In this document: one piece after another, positions 24,501 to 37,435 of the stretch
Layout of the letters: the number at the start of each line of letters is the position of its first letter
Position numbering within the stretch: position 1 is the stretch's first letter
From: Auanema rhodensis
Lineage: Eukaryota; Animalia; Nematoda
Direction: 5' to 3'
DNA length: 64,000 bases
NCBI GenBank assembly: GCA_964057225.1
Contig: OZ059898.1
Coordinates: forward strand, 12,462,001 to 12,526,000
Made by a program: the position numbers and the translations under genes
The notes under the pieces: model-generated
Told to the model about the DNA's origin: nothing
The model's input: only the letters and a program-made list of their open reading frames with translations
Databases searched by the model: none

Positions 24501-27500
24501 CAAACCAAACACAAGCATGCACAATTGTAATATTTGAAAAAGCGTGGAAAAAATGAATCGTACCTATTATTGGAACTTTTCGTTCGCGATCAGCAACTCG
24601 AACACATTTTCCAGATCGGTTTAGGGTATCAGAAGGACATTTACAGGTTTGTGTTGTTTCATCACATACTGAGCCGAAGTCACAGACATATGCTTCATTA
24701 CATACATGTCCAGGAGGAACTATAACAAATTAGTTATAGCTTATAATCACAAGTTTAATGTAGATCACCTCGTCGAATATCTTTACATTGCTGTCCAATA
24801 AGGTTTTTGCCTTGAGGACATGAGCACACTCCATTCAAGCACGAAGATCCACCAAGGCATTCATCAGTTGGCAAGCAATCACCACCAGGAACAACTGAAA
24901 TTCGATGATTAAGACAAGATGATTTTGAAAATAAACAAGGTGCTCCCAAAAAATAAAGTTTGAACTAAAGAAATAAAATAAAATAGATTAAGCATGCATA
25001 ATAAGTTGTAAAAAACTGTAGAGCGTATCTAGAAAAAGACAATTTTCACAATATTTTCTTCCAAACTATTCAGATTGAAAAGAAAAACATACTTTGACGA
25101 CCTCTCACACATTTTCCTTCTTTTATACGTTCTCCTGGTTTACATTGACATATACCATCAGAACAAAAAGCTAATCCAACACAGATATCTTCTGGATGAC
25201 AAACTTGTCCAGGTCGTCCTGGAAACAAATAGTTTGTATGTTGTATGAGAGATGAACCGACTTGTGACACGTGGTTTACAAATATCATCACGCTTAACTT
25301 GTCCAGGAGGACATTCACAGATGAAACCGTTACATTTTGAACCGCCAAGACACTCATCACCGTGTTGACAAGCTTCTAATGGCATAACTAAATGAAAAAA
25401 AATGAAATGGCTGAAAGATTTATTTGAAAAATTTACTTTTTTGTCGCATTTCACAACTTCCCGACCGTAATACCATACTTGAAAGACATTGACAAACTCC
25501 GTTACGACATACTGCTCGTCCAGTACATGTATCAGTTGATGTACAAACATTTCCCGGAGGAACTTAAATAAAATGAATAATAAACATGTATTAATCAATA
25601 TGATTACCTTGTTTTTGTTTTAAACATTTGCCATTAGATGGTACAGTCGAAGGACTGCATTCACATCGTCCACGAGCACAATATGATCCACCACCACAAC
25701 GAACAATGTTTGATGTGCAAGAATCTCCTGGTCCAACTACAGTTACATAAATACATTTCTAAAGAAAAAAAACACGTTATTAACTATTAATTATATAAAT
25801 ATAAATAATAATAAATTTGAAAAAAAGAAGAACATACTCCATCCATAATCTGATATCCTCGTTTACATGTACATTTCTTCTCAGAATGATTGCATTCAGA
25901 TCCACCGCTACATTCTTCACCGTTCGCACAGCTTTCACCAGCAGCAACTGAAATTCGATACAAAATTAAAAAATTCAATAATTTTGTACAACCGCTTGTT
26001 GTCAAAATGAAAAATAAAAATGAATTTGTTCTCAATGACGTGATTCAAATAAATATTATATTATGCTAATTAGTATAGTTATATATACATATATAAGTTT
26101 TGTATATCAAATGCTTGAGCACGGACCTGTTGGACGGAAGACACATTGCTTATTCACTTCAATCTCATCCTCAGCACAAGAGCATCGTCCATTACGACAA
26201 GATGAGCCACCAACGCAAAGCTCGTTGTTGGAACATGGATATCCTGGATGTGAACGTAATCGTTCTTGGCAAGTTTTTCCAATAATCTATAAAAAAATTT
26301 AAAATAATTCTCGAACATCACGGAATCGTTTCTGTACCATTTGAGTTTCTTTGATGCATTCACAACGATGTGTTGTCACATCACACTGTGATTCTCCAAT
26401 ACAATCTTCTCCATGTCCACATGTCTCTCCTGGTAAAGCTAAAACAATTTTGTTTTAATATCAATCAAATATCTCGGAATGATCAAACCTGTTCGATGTT
26501 CAACACAAATATTGTTAAGAGGAGTCATTCCCAATGGACAAACACAGTGACCAGCTACACAGATTGCTCCTCCACCACAAGATATTCCCACACGAATGCA
26601 ATTGCCACCAATATCAACTAAGGAGGATATGTGGTCAAAACAAAAAAAAACAGAAAAGTGAAAAGGTTAGATGAGATATTGTGAGACAAGCATGCAAATC
26701 AAACAGGTTAATGACCGTTTTTAGTGAATGTTGTTGGTGTTAGTGTTATGCTTTTGGGGGCTTTTCTTGTTGTGCTTGTTTGATTTATGGGTTTATTAGG
26801 CTTCTTGGCTAGTTTCTTTTTCATCAGCATCGTTGTTTGAGATTTCTGCAATAATTTTTTTGTGATTAAGGTTGGAAAGATGAAGTGCGAACCTCTGATA
26901 TAGGGCTTCGCATAAGTTTACGTTGGGACCAAAGGTTTTTGCAAGAACCATCGTTCATTTCTCCAAACATACATTGACATCTGATTGAAATATGAGTAAG
27001 CTTGATAATAAAATTACGATTCTTACTTTTTCATTACACAGACACGTCCTTGATGACAATCCGCATCGTAAGTACAACTGTTATCAGTTGGTGAGAGGGC
27101 AAACTGTTGTGTGCTAATACATAGTGATCCAACAGGTACAGTATCCTCTAAAATAGAAAAGTGTTATCATTTAAGATCAAAAAATAAATTTAGTTTACCT
27201 GGACAAGTACATTGATTCCTACTGATATCACAAAAAGCACCTCCAGGGCATTGTTGCTTGCTATCACACTGGCCCAAAGATGATCCAGAAGACCGGCATG
27301 TTCCTTGATTATTCACAGTTCCAAGTGGGCAAACACAAAAGCCATTTTGACAGTTTGATCCTCCACTGCACATCTATAAAACAAGAGAAAGTTAGGTATA
27401 ATCTAGGTTGTAACATACTTCTCCTTGAACACAAGATTGTCCTGGTGCTGCACTAACAGACTTCTGACACACTCCATCAATAGGTTGAGATCCAGGAGGG

Positions 27501-30500
27501 CAGATGCAAATTTGACCAGAACAGAAGCTGCCACCAGCGCATACTTCTCCATTTGTGCAGCTGGAGCCTGGAGCTACCTGTGTTGCTGCACGACATTCTC
27601 CGGCAACAATAGCTAAGCCTGATGGACATTGACAAGTACCATTTACACAGACTGATAAGCCTAAATGAAGGAAGAATAAGAAAATCATCTAATAAGATGT
27701 TTCGAACCTTGACACAGACTGTTGGCATCACAGGGCGAGCCAGCTGGAGAAGTTCGAACAGGCAGACATTCGTTTTGAGAAGGATAAGTACCAAACGGAC
27801 ATTGGCATACACCGTTGATGCAGCTAGACTGTCCGCTGCATCGTTCAAAGCCTGTAGGACAAGGCTGCCCTGGACTAACTATAATATAACATAGCATACT
27901 TTGTGAATCAATTTCCATCTAAATTCTACCTGTTCTTGGGACCTGGCACTGCTGTTCGATGACTTGCTGATTGGATGGACAAGTGCAAATGTTGCTAAGG
28001 CATAAAGAACCACCTCCACAACTTACAGAAGGATTACAGGGACTATTAGGAGGTACTGTAACGTTAGGTGAAAGAGTTAAGTGTTAGAAGATAGTAGATA
28101 ATGAATATAAGTGCTGTAGTTAGATGTTCAAAAAGTTATTTTTCTCATGCTTTTTCATAAATCGTTACCTGTTTGTGGAGTAACACATTGGCCGTTTACA
28201 ATCTGTCGTCCAATGGGACAGGTACAGTTGCCATTTGAACAGAACGATCCTCCAGTACATATTTGTCCTTCAGCACATGAATGTAATGGTGCTGATTCAG
28301 CTACAATATTTCAATTTAATTATATATTATAAATATATTGATATATAATACCATAAACACAGATATTTCCTCGAGAAATCATTGCTTTTGGACATGTACA
28401 AACTCCATTCTGGCAACTGGAGCCACCAGTACATTGAGCATTTACAACACAGGAAGAATCGGGTGAAGCTTGTTCTAAGCATTCTCCTTCGAATTCAACT
28501 TGATTGATTCGGCAACCTGATTTGAATTTCAACTTAAGAATATCTGATATTCTAGTACCTGGCATACAAATTCCTTTACTATTGATGATATAACCAGTTG
28601 GACATGATTGACTACATTTCGTTCCAGAAAATACCTTTAAAGCGATTAGTCAGAAATTAACTTGATAAAACAGTTAAATTACCATTCCATTTGGACAGCG
28701 ACACAAGCTACGATCACAGACCATTCCAGGGAAAATAGCATGACATTGAGATGAATAAAGACATTGATCACCAGGTTGTACAGCTAAATAAGAATGAGAT
28801 TATACTAATGATGTAATGATGTCATTTTATCTTACTTGGAAGACATTGTCCTGTAATTCCAGAATATGTTTCTCCAGCAGAACAGTTGCGTCCACAAGTT
28901 CCATCAATAGCGATAGGATGGGATGGTGGACAAGTGCAAGTTTGTAAAAGACATGAAGATTCAGGATATGCTGATATACATTGCAGGCTATGAGAACATC
29001 CTCGTGATCCAGGTGGTAATACTATAACATATAATATATATTTTCAAATTTATAATTAATAAATTAAATTATCAATTACCTTCCCTACATTCTCCAAGTT
29101 CAGATATGTAAATTGATCCTTTCTTTGTACATTGATTATCAATGAAAGTACATCCACTACCACTTCTGCTCATTCCATACATACATTGACAGCGAAGCCG
29201 AAGACAGAATGCACCAGTTTCAGAAGCAGCACATTGTTGTGAGTATTGACATGGCTCTCCGGGTAATTGAACTATAAATTTCAATAATTTCTCATTTCAA
29301 TACAGTTTCAATAAAATAAGTAGATGGATTATCTGGTTATTATTATTTTTTTTTTGTAAAACTGAGTGACCCAATAGAAATTTTATTTGATTTTCGTACC
29401 TGTCATACATGATCCTGTTTCGGTGACGTATGTTTGACCAGGTGGACACGAACCCGCTGGTTGAACAGCTTAATATCATAGTTAGATAATAAATAATAAT
29501 AGTTATATATAGAATAATAATAATAATATATATAGAAGAATCTTTGGAAGATCAAGTTTTAAGTATTCAAGTTGAAACATACCTGTTCCACTTGCAATGC
29601 AGGTTGTTCCAGCATTTAAAGCTCCTTGAGTGCAGCGACAAACTCCATCACAGTAGGCTAACGGATAACCAGCACAGTCAGAATCAGCAGAACAGATTGT
29701 ATCTTAAGTATGATAAAGTACGTGATGAAGATGTTTTTTGACTAGATTACCTGGAGCAAGACTAACAACGGAATTTGATGCTGGACTATAACGTCTTCTA
29801 TAGAAGTTATTTGAATGCCTATCACGCTGTTGGAAGAGATGGCGTCCAAATTGGTCATCAGAGAGAATAACATTAGAAGCCGCAGAAGCTGAAACATATA
29901 AAACAACTGATAAGTAATCTCAGTTTTTTAGAGTTTTTAATTTGGAAACTACAGCTATCATTAGAGATTTCAAAAAAGAATTCAAATGAGTTACCTATTA
30001 GAATAGTTAGCAACCTATTCATGAGAAGACTTTTGAGCTAAATGAGTCTTAAACCCAATGATTCATGTATGTTACAACTATTCACATGTGACAACTTTGA
30101 GGGAAAAAATGAAAAAGACAGGTGACGATTATGACAATTTGATGATGGATATGTTAAAATGAAACTAATGATTCATAAAATTCTTTTTTTTTTCTTTTCA
30201 AAATAATAATCTTTTCAATAATCACGTATTCTCATATTCTTTATAATACAAATTACTTACGAATAACACAGGTTTGTTGATGAGCTAACATTCCAAATGG
30301 ACAGATACATTGCTTATTAACATCACATTCAGCTCCGGGAAATCCTTTGTTACATTGTCGTGAATCTTCACATCCATATTGTCCAGGATAAACAGCTAAA
30401 TATATAATTTATAAAAATGTAAAAGTAAATCTTCAAAGTCTTTTAATTCTTTTTTTTAGAGAAAAAATAAAAGTTTACATGGTTATCTAAGCAACTTTGA

Positions 30501-32283
30501 AGAAAATAACGCTATATAGTTACATCAAAACGACAATGTTTCTTGTTTTAAAATATTTAAACTGATCATTTTTTTAGTAATGATCCCTTTTATCTCTTGA
30601 AATAGTTTCTAATATCAACAACGTATCGAAAGAGGGAAACGAAAGATGAACCTTTCAAGAGATTGAGAGAGAAAGAGGAAGAGAGAGATATTGCTGAAGA
30701 AAAAGAAAGATAGTTAGATATGGTTAAAGAGAGATAAATCACTTATAAACGCCATTAAATCTCTCAATTAGGGAAAGAGTTGGCAAACCGTTTCAAGAGG
30801 TACTGTATAGATATAAGCTGAGTGAGTCCTTAGGTCAAGCGGCTGGCTTCAAAACATCTTAACGCTACTTTTCGTTGCCGCCTCTTGACCATATTAATAA
30901 AACATTTATTTGAGATAAAAAAATTTTTTTTTTGGCAACTCTCTCTTGCACTGATGTCTAACAAGAACTTCTCTAGCTTTAGTAGTTCTCAAACATCATA
31001 TAAGCATTCTGTTGTGAGCACAACGCAACAACACACATAGTTGTTATAAGAGAAATGCAGAAGAAGAGAGAAAAAGAAACAAAAGTTAAAATAAAGACAA
31101 GAAATTGAAGAAAAAAATATTTCAAACCTGGTTCACATGATGTTCCAATATCTACGTGTGTGCTAAGACACATGCAAATTGAAAATGATGAGCAGAATTC
31201 TCCTTGAGTTTTACAATCATTACCACTTCGACATGGTCGTCCAAGAGTTCGACCTGAAAAGTTTATATATTTTAAATTAAAATAGAAAAAGTTTTGAATT
31301 TTCTATTGATTTTCATATTATTAAAACAAGTTTTATAAATAGGTTCACGTTTCGACCTACACGTGAGTAACTTTACGTAGAAAGTAGAGAAGGCATTTCC
31401 TTTAACAATTACAAGTTGATCGGTTGAATTCGTTTAAAACATATTATTAATAATAATAATATATATAATTAATATTATTATTTTATTTTTTATTTCAAAC
31501 TAAAGCTAAAGTTCATCATCAATTTTTTTTTTTTGGAAGAATAGTTTAAAATGTAATTGATTATTTGACTAAGGTACCAGCTTGAAATGAATAAGCAGCT
31601 AAAGCATCAATAGCAGCAACAACGGATTTGTTTCTCCAAAAATAGATTTTTGTACGAAAATGAAAGAAAAAAGAAAAGTAGGAGAGTATTATTGTATGAA
31701 ACATATCCCTTATTTTGCCAATACAATGTGTCAAAAGAAAAAAAATATTAAGCAAACAAAGGTCATGACTTGATTTGCAGCCAAATAAAAGCGGAAAGAG
31801 CTTTGATGCAATACTTCAAAAAATTATTACTGACTGTAATGATAAGACATATAAGATATAGTTAGTTAAATATTTTGAAAGAAAGTTCATTCAGTATAGT
31901 ACTGTATATATGAAAAATTCTTATTTCCGGAAGAATTATCATAAAGCTTCAAAGCTGAACGTGGAATTATAAAGAATAACAACTACTTACTTTCATCTTT
32001 TGGTATACAACTACCATTTACGTGCTGCGAAAAGTTTGAGCAAAGACAGAGACCTTCAATGCAATTAGCATTCTTATTTTGGCATGGAACTCGTCCTTCT
32101 GAGCATGGCCCTCCTATTTCGCCCGAGGCTATAGAACTTGTGAGTGAGGGTTTAACTGAAAGATTCAACATATTAATGTGAAATTAAGAGAAATAAATGG
32201 TTATTTTGAATATTAACTGTGAAAAAAATTAGAAACTTACCATAGAGTGCAATTAGTAATAAGATCAGCGACGATGCCGCCAT
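18546..32283 (-). CDS. Large secreted cysteine-rich protein with many EB-type modules and Thr-rich mucin-like linkers (probable cuticle/apical ECM protein)
   Basis: Exon 1 32283-32241 encodes signal-like [14 protein letters not shown]. Dozens of short exons repeat PGxxC...CxGGSxCxxGxCxCPxG...C. Thr tracts at ~23150-23400 and ~23850-24000. Last exons 19271-19143, 19090-18962, 18918-18781 and 18592-18546 ([14 protein letters not shown]). Not every internal junction was verified. Confidence 0.9.
29995..30022 (-). CDS. Probable alternative first exon of the EB gene
   Basis: The ATG exon MNRLLTILI ends at a phase-1 GTAACT donor and joins the TTTCAG acceptor at 29888 in frame, giving signal-like [19 protein letters not shown] followed by a non-Cys segment with RRR. 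Confidence 0.6.
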
Positions 32284-32916
32284 CTGTATGGTCATCGTCC
32301 ACTACGACTGATAGAGACTAGCCGATCTGTGCCTCTTCTCTCTACCAAATCTAAAAGCCTAAAATAGCTATATCTATGAAATAATTGAGAGTAAAAAAGA
32401 TATAAAACACAAAATAGTATACAAAATAAAGAGATTGTAGACAGTAACAAGAGTAGAAATAGAAAGGAAAGGGTGGGTGGGGACAGTAGGGAGAAAGGCA
32501 GAAAAGAGAGGGGGGTCATACAAATAATCCAAGCTCTTACTAAAGAGTCTGTCAGAGAGATATATAGATAGAGCAATTTAGGGAAATAGATTAGAAGAAG
32601 AGACTATCATCTCATCTTTTGGTCTATAACAATCTAATTCTCTTAATAAGCTCTTATCTATGAGCTGCAATTTGTTTGGACACCTAACATAACACAAAAG
32701 CGATTTGATGGCTCTCTTCCAATCTCGCATTGCTATCCTCATCTTTCGCATTATCTCTCTATATAAGGTATTCCGGGCTATCTAGCTTTGAATTTGTATG
32801 TTGTTGTATATTCTCAAACTGTCTGTCTATTACTTACTCAAACCTATGTCTGTCTGAGTAATAACATCGAACCTTATATACTATTAGAACAGACAGATCA
32901 GAAGATACACTTGATC

Positions 32917-33235
32917 ATGAGTAGTAATAAACGAGATATACTGTAACTAATTTTTAATATTTGTCTTGTAAATACAATAAAAAAATTTTTTTTTATAAAT
33001 AACAACTTGATGAATCAGCAGAAATATTATTGAATGATGATCAATCAATCAAATTTAAGAAAATGCTGCTATTTCTCGGTGAGAAAAAAAAACTTTCTGG
33101 GTGTCATTCTTTCAAAGATGCATTTTCTTTGATATTTCCCTATTTCAAATTTTTATTTTAGACGATGATGAAGTGATGGAAGTACAGATGAATAAGAAAC
33201 AAGTGTTTCAACTATTCTTTTTGTCAATTAAATGA
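32917..33235 (+). pseudogene. Possible decayed three-exon gene remnant
   Basis: A good GTGAG..TTTTAG intron joins QLDESAEILLNDDQSIKFKKMLLFL to DDDEVMEVQMNKKQVFQLFFLSIK*. The upstream intron lacks an AG and an in-frame TAA follows. Confidence 0.3.
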
Positions 33236-33374
33236 TCATTAATCAATTAATTTATGTTGTATATTTTGTATTTAAAACATATTGCTATGTCATCCATTAT
33301 TGCTTACAAACTGAAAATGTGGTAGCAGATTGAAAAAAAACTTTGATGTAAGCGCCAGAACATCATTTTCTTCA

Positions 33375-33378
<4 letters not shown>

Positions 33379-33454
<76 letters not shown>
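33379..33454. repeat. (TC)n microsatellite, ~38 units
   Basis: Perfect dinucleotide run. Confidence 0.95.
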
Positions 33455-33460
<6 letters not shown>

Positions 33461-35372
33461 TTCCTTCACTTCCTCCCTCACACTGTCTGAGTTTACAACA
33501 CTAATTACTCTAAACAACTGACCATACGAATATCCAAAAAATCTTAATCGATACATCTTTTTAATACAAATAATGTTGGTAAGATCATAGCAATGTAATA
33601 ATAATCAATATATGTTATTGGATAATAAAATAAAGTTCAAAGAAGTTAATTATGAAAATAGATGTGTCAGTCAAACTAATGAAATATCTGAAATATGCTT
33701 AAGCTTAAGCTTTATTAGATTGTTAAGTCATTGTGTTTTCTTTTAAATTCTCTCATTTAGTCGTTAATGCTTTATGTTCAAGTTTCTCTGAGTTATATAA
33801 GAAATGAATAAATCTGTTTTTATTTGATCTATCTTCTGTTATTTTAAATATTATTCATCAATCTTTTGTTTTTTTTTTCAATAAAAATATTTTTTTTCAA
33901 ATTAAACTTTTTTTTGGTCTGAAAAACAGAATGTATTACATTGTTTGATTAGTTTTGTAGCCTGTTAAATGACTAATGTAGCTGATAATTTGAAAAAATT
34001 AGTGGAATCCTCTATTGACAACAGTTGTCTTTACAACACGATATCGCAAAATTTTGGAAAAGTGGTTGAAACTCTGTTTTAGACTTTAATTTGAAAAGAG
34101 ATATAGATAGTTGGAAGATTTTTCAGTTATTTATGAGAATCGGATAAAATTTATTTTAGTAAATTAAAATGAAAATGAAAATGAAAAAGATTAGAATAGC
34201 GTTCGGACGATCTTTCGTTGCTTCCAACCCCATCTCATACCTCAGCAACCTCCCCCTCTCCCACTTCTCTCATCTTTTCTATGTATACTTTCATTCCACT
34301 ACTACTACTACTTCAATTTTTTTTTAGTTCTATAAGAAAATTTTACAAGAATTTTAAACATTCTTTCAAACATATTGCTCTTCTACTCTTTAAATTCATG
34401 AAAATTATGTCTGAATTTATTTTTTTTCTTTTAAAAACTTTATTTTAATACTCAACTTCCGATTACAACAATTACTTTTCGTGGCGTTTTCTCTATCCAT
34501 TATTTCTTTCTTAAAAGATTTTGGAATTGAAGTCGAAAGACATTCTTCTCAAACGTTAAGAACTACGAACTTATTCTATTCAAATGTGAGCTTTCCCCAG
34601 CTTTTACTAGCTTTTTATGATTGAATATTGCAAAAATTGAATGTTCTAATATTTTTTTTTCTAATTTCTTTTAGATTTTTTAGAAAAAAAATTGTTTTCG
34701 TTCTGGGAGAGATGTTCGATAAATGTTCTTATATCAACGGACATAATAGATACAGCCCTATTAGGATGCAAAAGCTAAATAGCCTCAAGCCATATGGATA
34801 TTAAGCTTGATTAGATTTCTTCATTCGTTATAAGTTTGTACCTAAAATAGCAGATTTGACAGCGTGTTTATGGAGAAACTGAAGGGACATCCTGATGTTG
34901 AGCTATTTATCCAACTGCCCGACTCTTTCAACTTAAAAGTTTTAATCTCCCACAAATATTTCCAAATATTAACAAATTGTTTCAAGAATAAAGAAAATGT
35001 TTCTGTGAATCTATCTTGTACGGATATTCCATTCAAAAAGTTTTTTTTATATAAAATCTTAGATCCCTGAGGCTATTTGAATATGTTTAATTTCATGTTT
35101 ATCAAAAATATCCGTTTCAATTTTTCTAAAAATAACTTTTTTCAATGACAATTGTAGTTTGGAAGGACAATTTTTAACTGACCACACACACACTGTTCAC
35201 TATTATAATAATAAATGAAAATAATAATAATAATAATATATCTTAAGATAGATTCAAGACCCCACATTGTGATTTTATGAATAGTGAGATGTTAGTCTAT
35301 GTGTCACTTTCCCTCCTTTTCCGTCAGTCTTTTTCCTTTACATTCTCATTTCACATCTTAATCTATCCTCAC

Positions 35373-35403
<31 letters not shown>

Positions 35404-37358
35404 AATAACACAACTAACGTGTCCGTCAAGCACTTTCCACTGAATTCAGAATTTCGTATTGTTCGTCAGCGTATTCTCTAATTTTATGTGTTGTTCCTAG
35501 CGGAACAGCAATCTCTTGTATTCTTACATCGGGACATAATGCTCATAGACTGGAGCTATAGTTTCTAAACCTTACGGAGTTTGATACCCAATTCCGCTGA
35601 CTAGCGTCGATGAAAGCTTTCCTCTTTCTTCCTTTCTCTCTCTCTCTCTTTCTTTCGCTTCCCTGCTTCTATCTATATCTCAGTAAGTCCTAAGGGCATT
35701 TCCAATTTGCATCATCAGCTTGGTTACATTAGGGTTATGTCCTGAGGCTTGAACGGCTTTGGATATGTTGTTGCTCTGGATTTGTTCTTTCATTTAGCCA
35801 TATGCTACATCATTTTCCTTTTCTGTCATATTTATTCTCATATATCCCACAGTTGAAACTCCTTTCTTACCTCAACAACGCTCGTTCGCTCCAGGCTAAA
35901 TCGGTTCATTTCCGGAACAGCAATTGTCGCTCTGTCAAACGAACCTTATGAGCATATACGTCAGTCCTCTACCTAAAACTCTGAACTATCCATATAAAGT
36001 ATTTTCTTCTCTTAACCTTAATAACTGTCTTTAAAACAAAACACCAAACCTTTAGTTAACTTGTTCTTTTTGTCATTTTCCACAATCACCCACAGACATA
36101 CACACACGCACATAGACATATACACAAAACTTTGTCTGAGACGAACATATCGTCTATTATTCATATTTTTCATATACATAAATCCCCCTGAGGCTATATG
36201 TGGTGTCATAGATGGTCGGCACAAGATACTCGTTGATGGACATTCTGTGAGATGTTGAGCGAGACTTAAGCTCAACGATTCCTTCACTCTAGGTCTTGAA
36301 CAGATTGCCCAAAACTTTTTCGCATATGATTTACGGGTCCCGGAGCGAAACAATGTTCGCTTTTCTATGAAAATGAGAAGAGTGATCCGCTAATTGTCTC
36401 CTTGGGCCATAGGCTGTTAGCTGTTCGTCGAACAAAACTATTGTGGTACGAGCAAAAAATCGAAGAGGTAAAACGTATAGTCTCAATCATTTACGGTGTT
36501 TATTTGAATGGAAACAAAATTACTTAAGAGGTTCCTGTTTATACAAGAAGCTTAATAATTCTTTTCATTTTCCTTTCTTTCTCAAAAAAAAATTGGATAA
36601 AGGAAAAAAACAAAATAGATGTTTAATCTTATATTTATTAATAACTCAAGCTTCACTCATTATATTAAAGCTGATCATATCAAATGCAAAAAAATCAAAA
36701 AAAAATAAATTTTCAATCACTAAATCATATCTCAAATTGCTTTCAATTTTCTAACTTAATAGAACAAGCTATTATTTACTTTTCGAAGTTTTAAACAAAG
36801 AAATTCATTCTATTTTAAAATTTTATATTTTTATCTCCATTTTCTTAGTTGATTTCACTCATATGTCAATTTTTCTCCCTCTTTGCATTCCGATTCTGAC
36901 GAGTAAAAGTGATAGTTCTTAGACTTTTCACGACAAGTGACAACATTCTTCTATTTTTATTAGTTTTTTTTACAAATCTTTTCCTCTTTTTGTATTTGGT
37001 AAATTCCACAGAAGTCATCATCATCATCATCTTCATCTCATTTATACTTTTAATTTCTAGTTAATTCTTATAACATCATCTGAATACTTTATAATACTAT
37101 ATACTATATAGTATTATAAATAAAAATTAAAGTGGACACAATTGATTGAATATAACAAACGAAAAAACTTGTTCCATTTACATTTTAAAAGATATAATGA
37201 GAAGGAAAAAAGAAGAAGAAGAATTATGCATTTATGAAAGAGACAATTTACTTGATGAGGCTTGTTATCATTTGTCTTTTCATCATTCTTCTAACACTCA
37301 TTTCTTGTTTATATCTTCAATTTCATGTTGTGATTCACGTATTACTCTCAGGGAAGAA

Positions 37359-37435
37359 TTTCACGTAAGAGTTTCACGTAAGAGTTTCACGTAAGAGTTT
37401 CACGTAAGAGTTTCACGTAAGAGTTTCACGTAAGA
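37359..37435 (+). repeat. 13-bp minisatellite (TTTCACGTAAGAG)x6
   Basis: Six tandem copies, preceded by two degenerate in-phase copies (cores at 37337 and 37350). Confidence 0.95.

Noticed and set aside
33290-33556. (RE)n and (SL)n ORFs here and at ~55.7, 57, 57.8 and 63.2 kb
   Set aside because: Translations of (GA)n/(TC)n tracts.
33690-33715. GCTTAAGCTTAAGC as a telomere-like or DNA-elimination site
   Set aside because: Short AT-rich palindrome, single occurrence, no TTAGGC repeats.
37359-37435. CRISPR-like array
   Set aside because: Eukaryotic DNA; the 13-bp units abut with no spacers.
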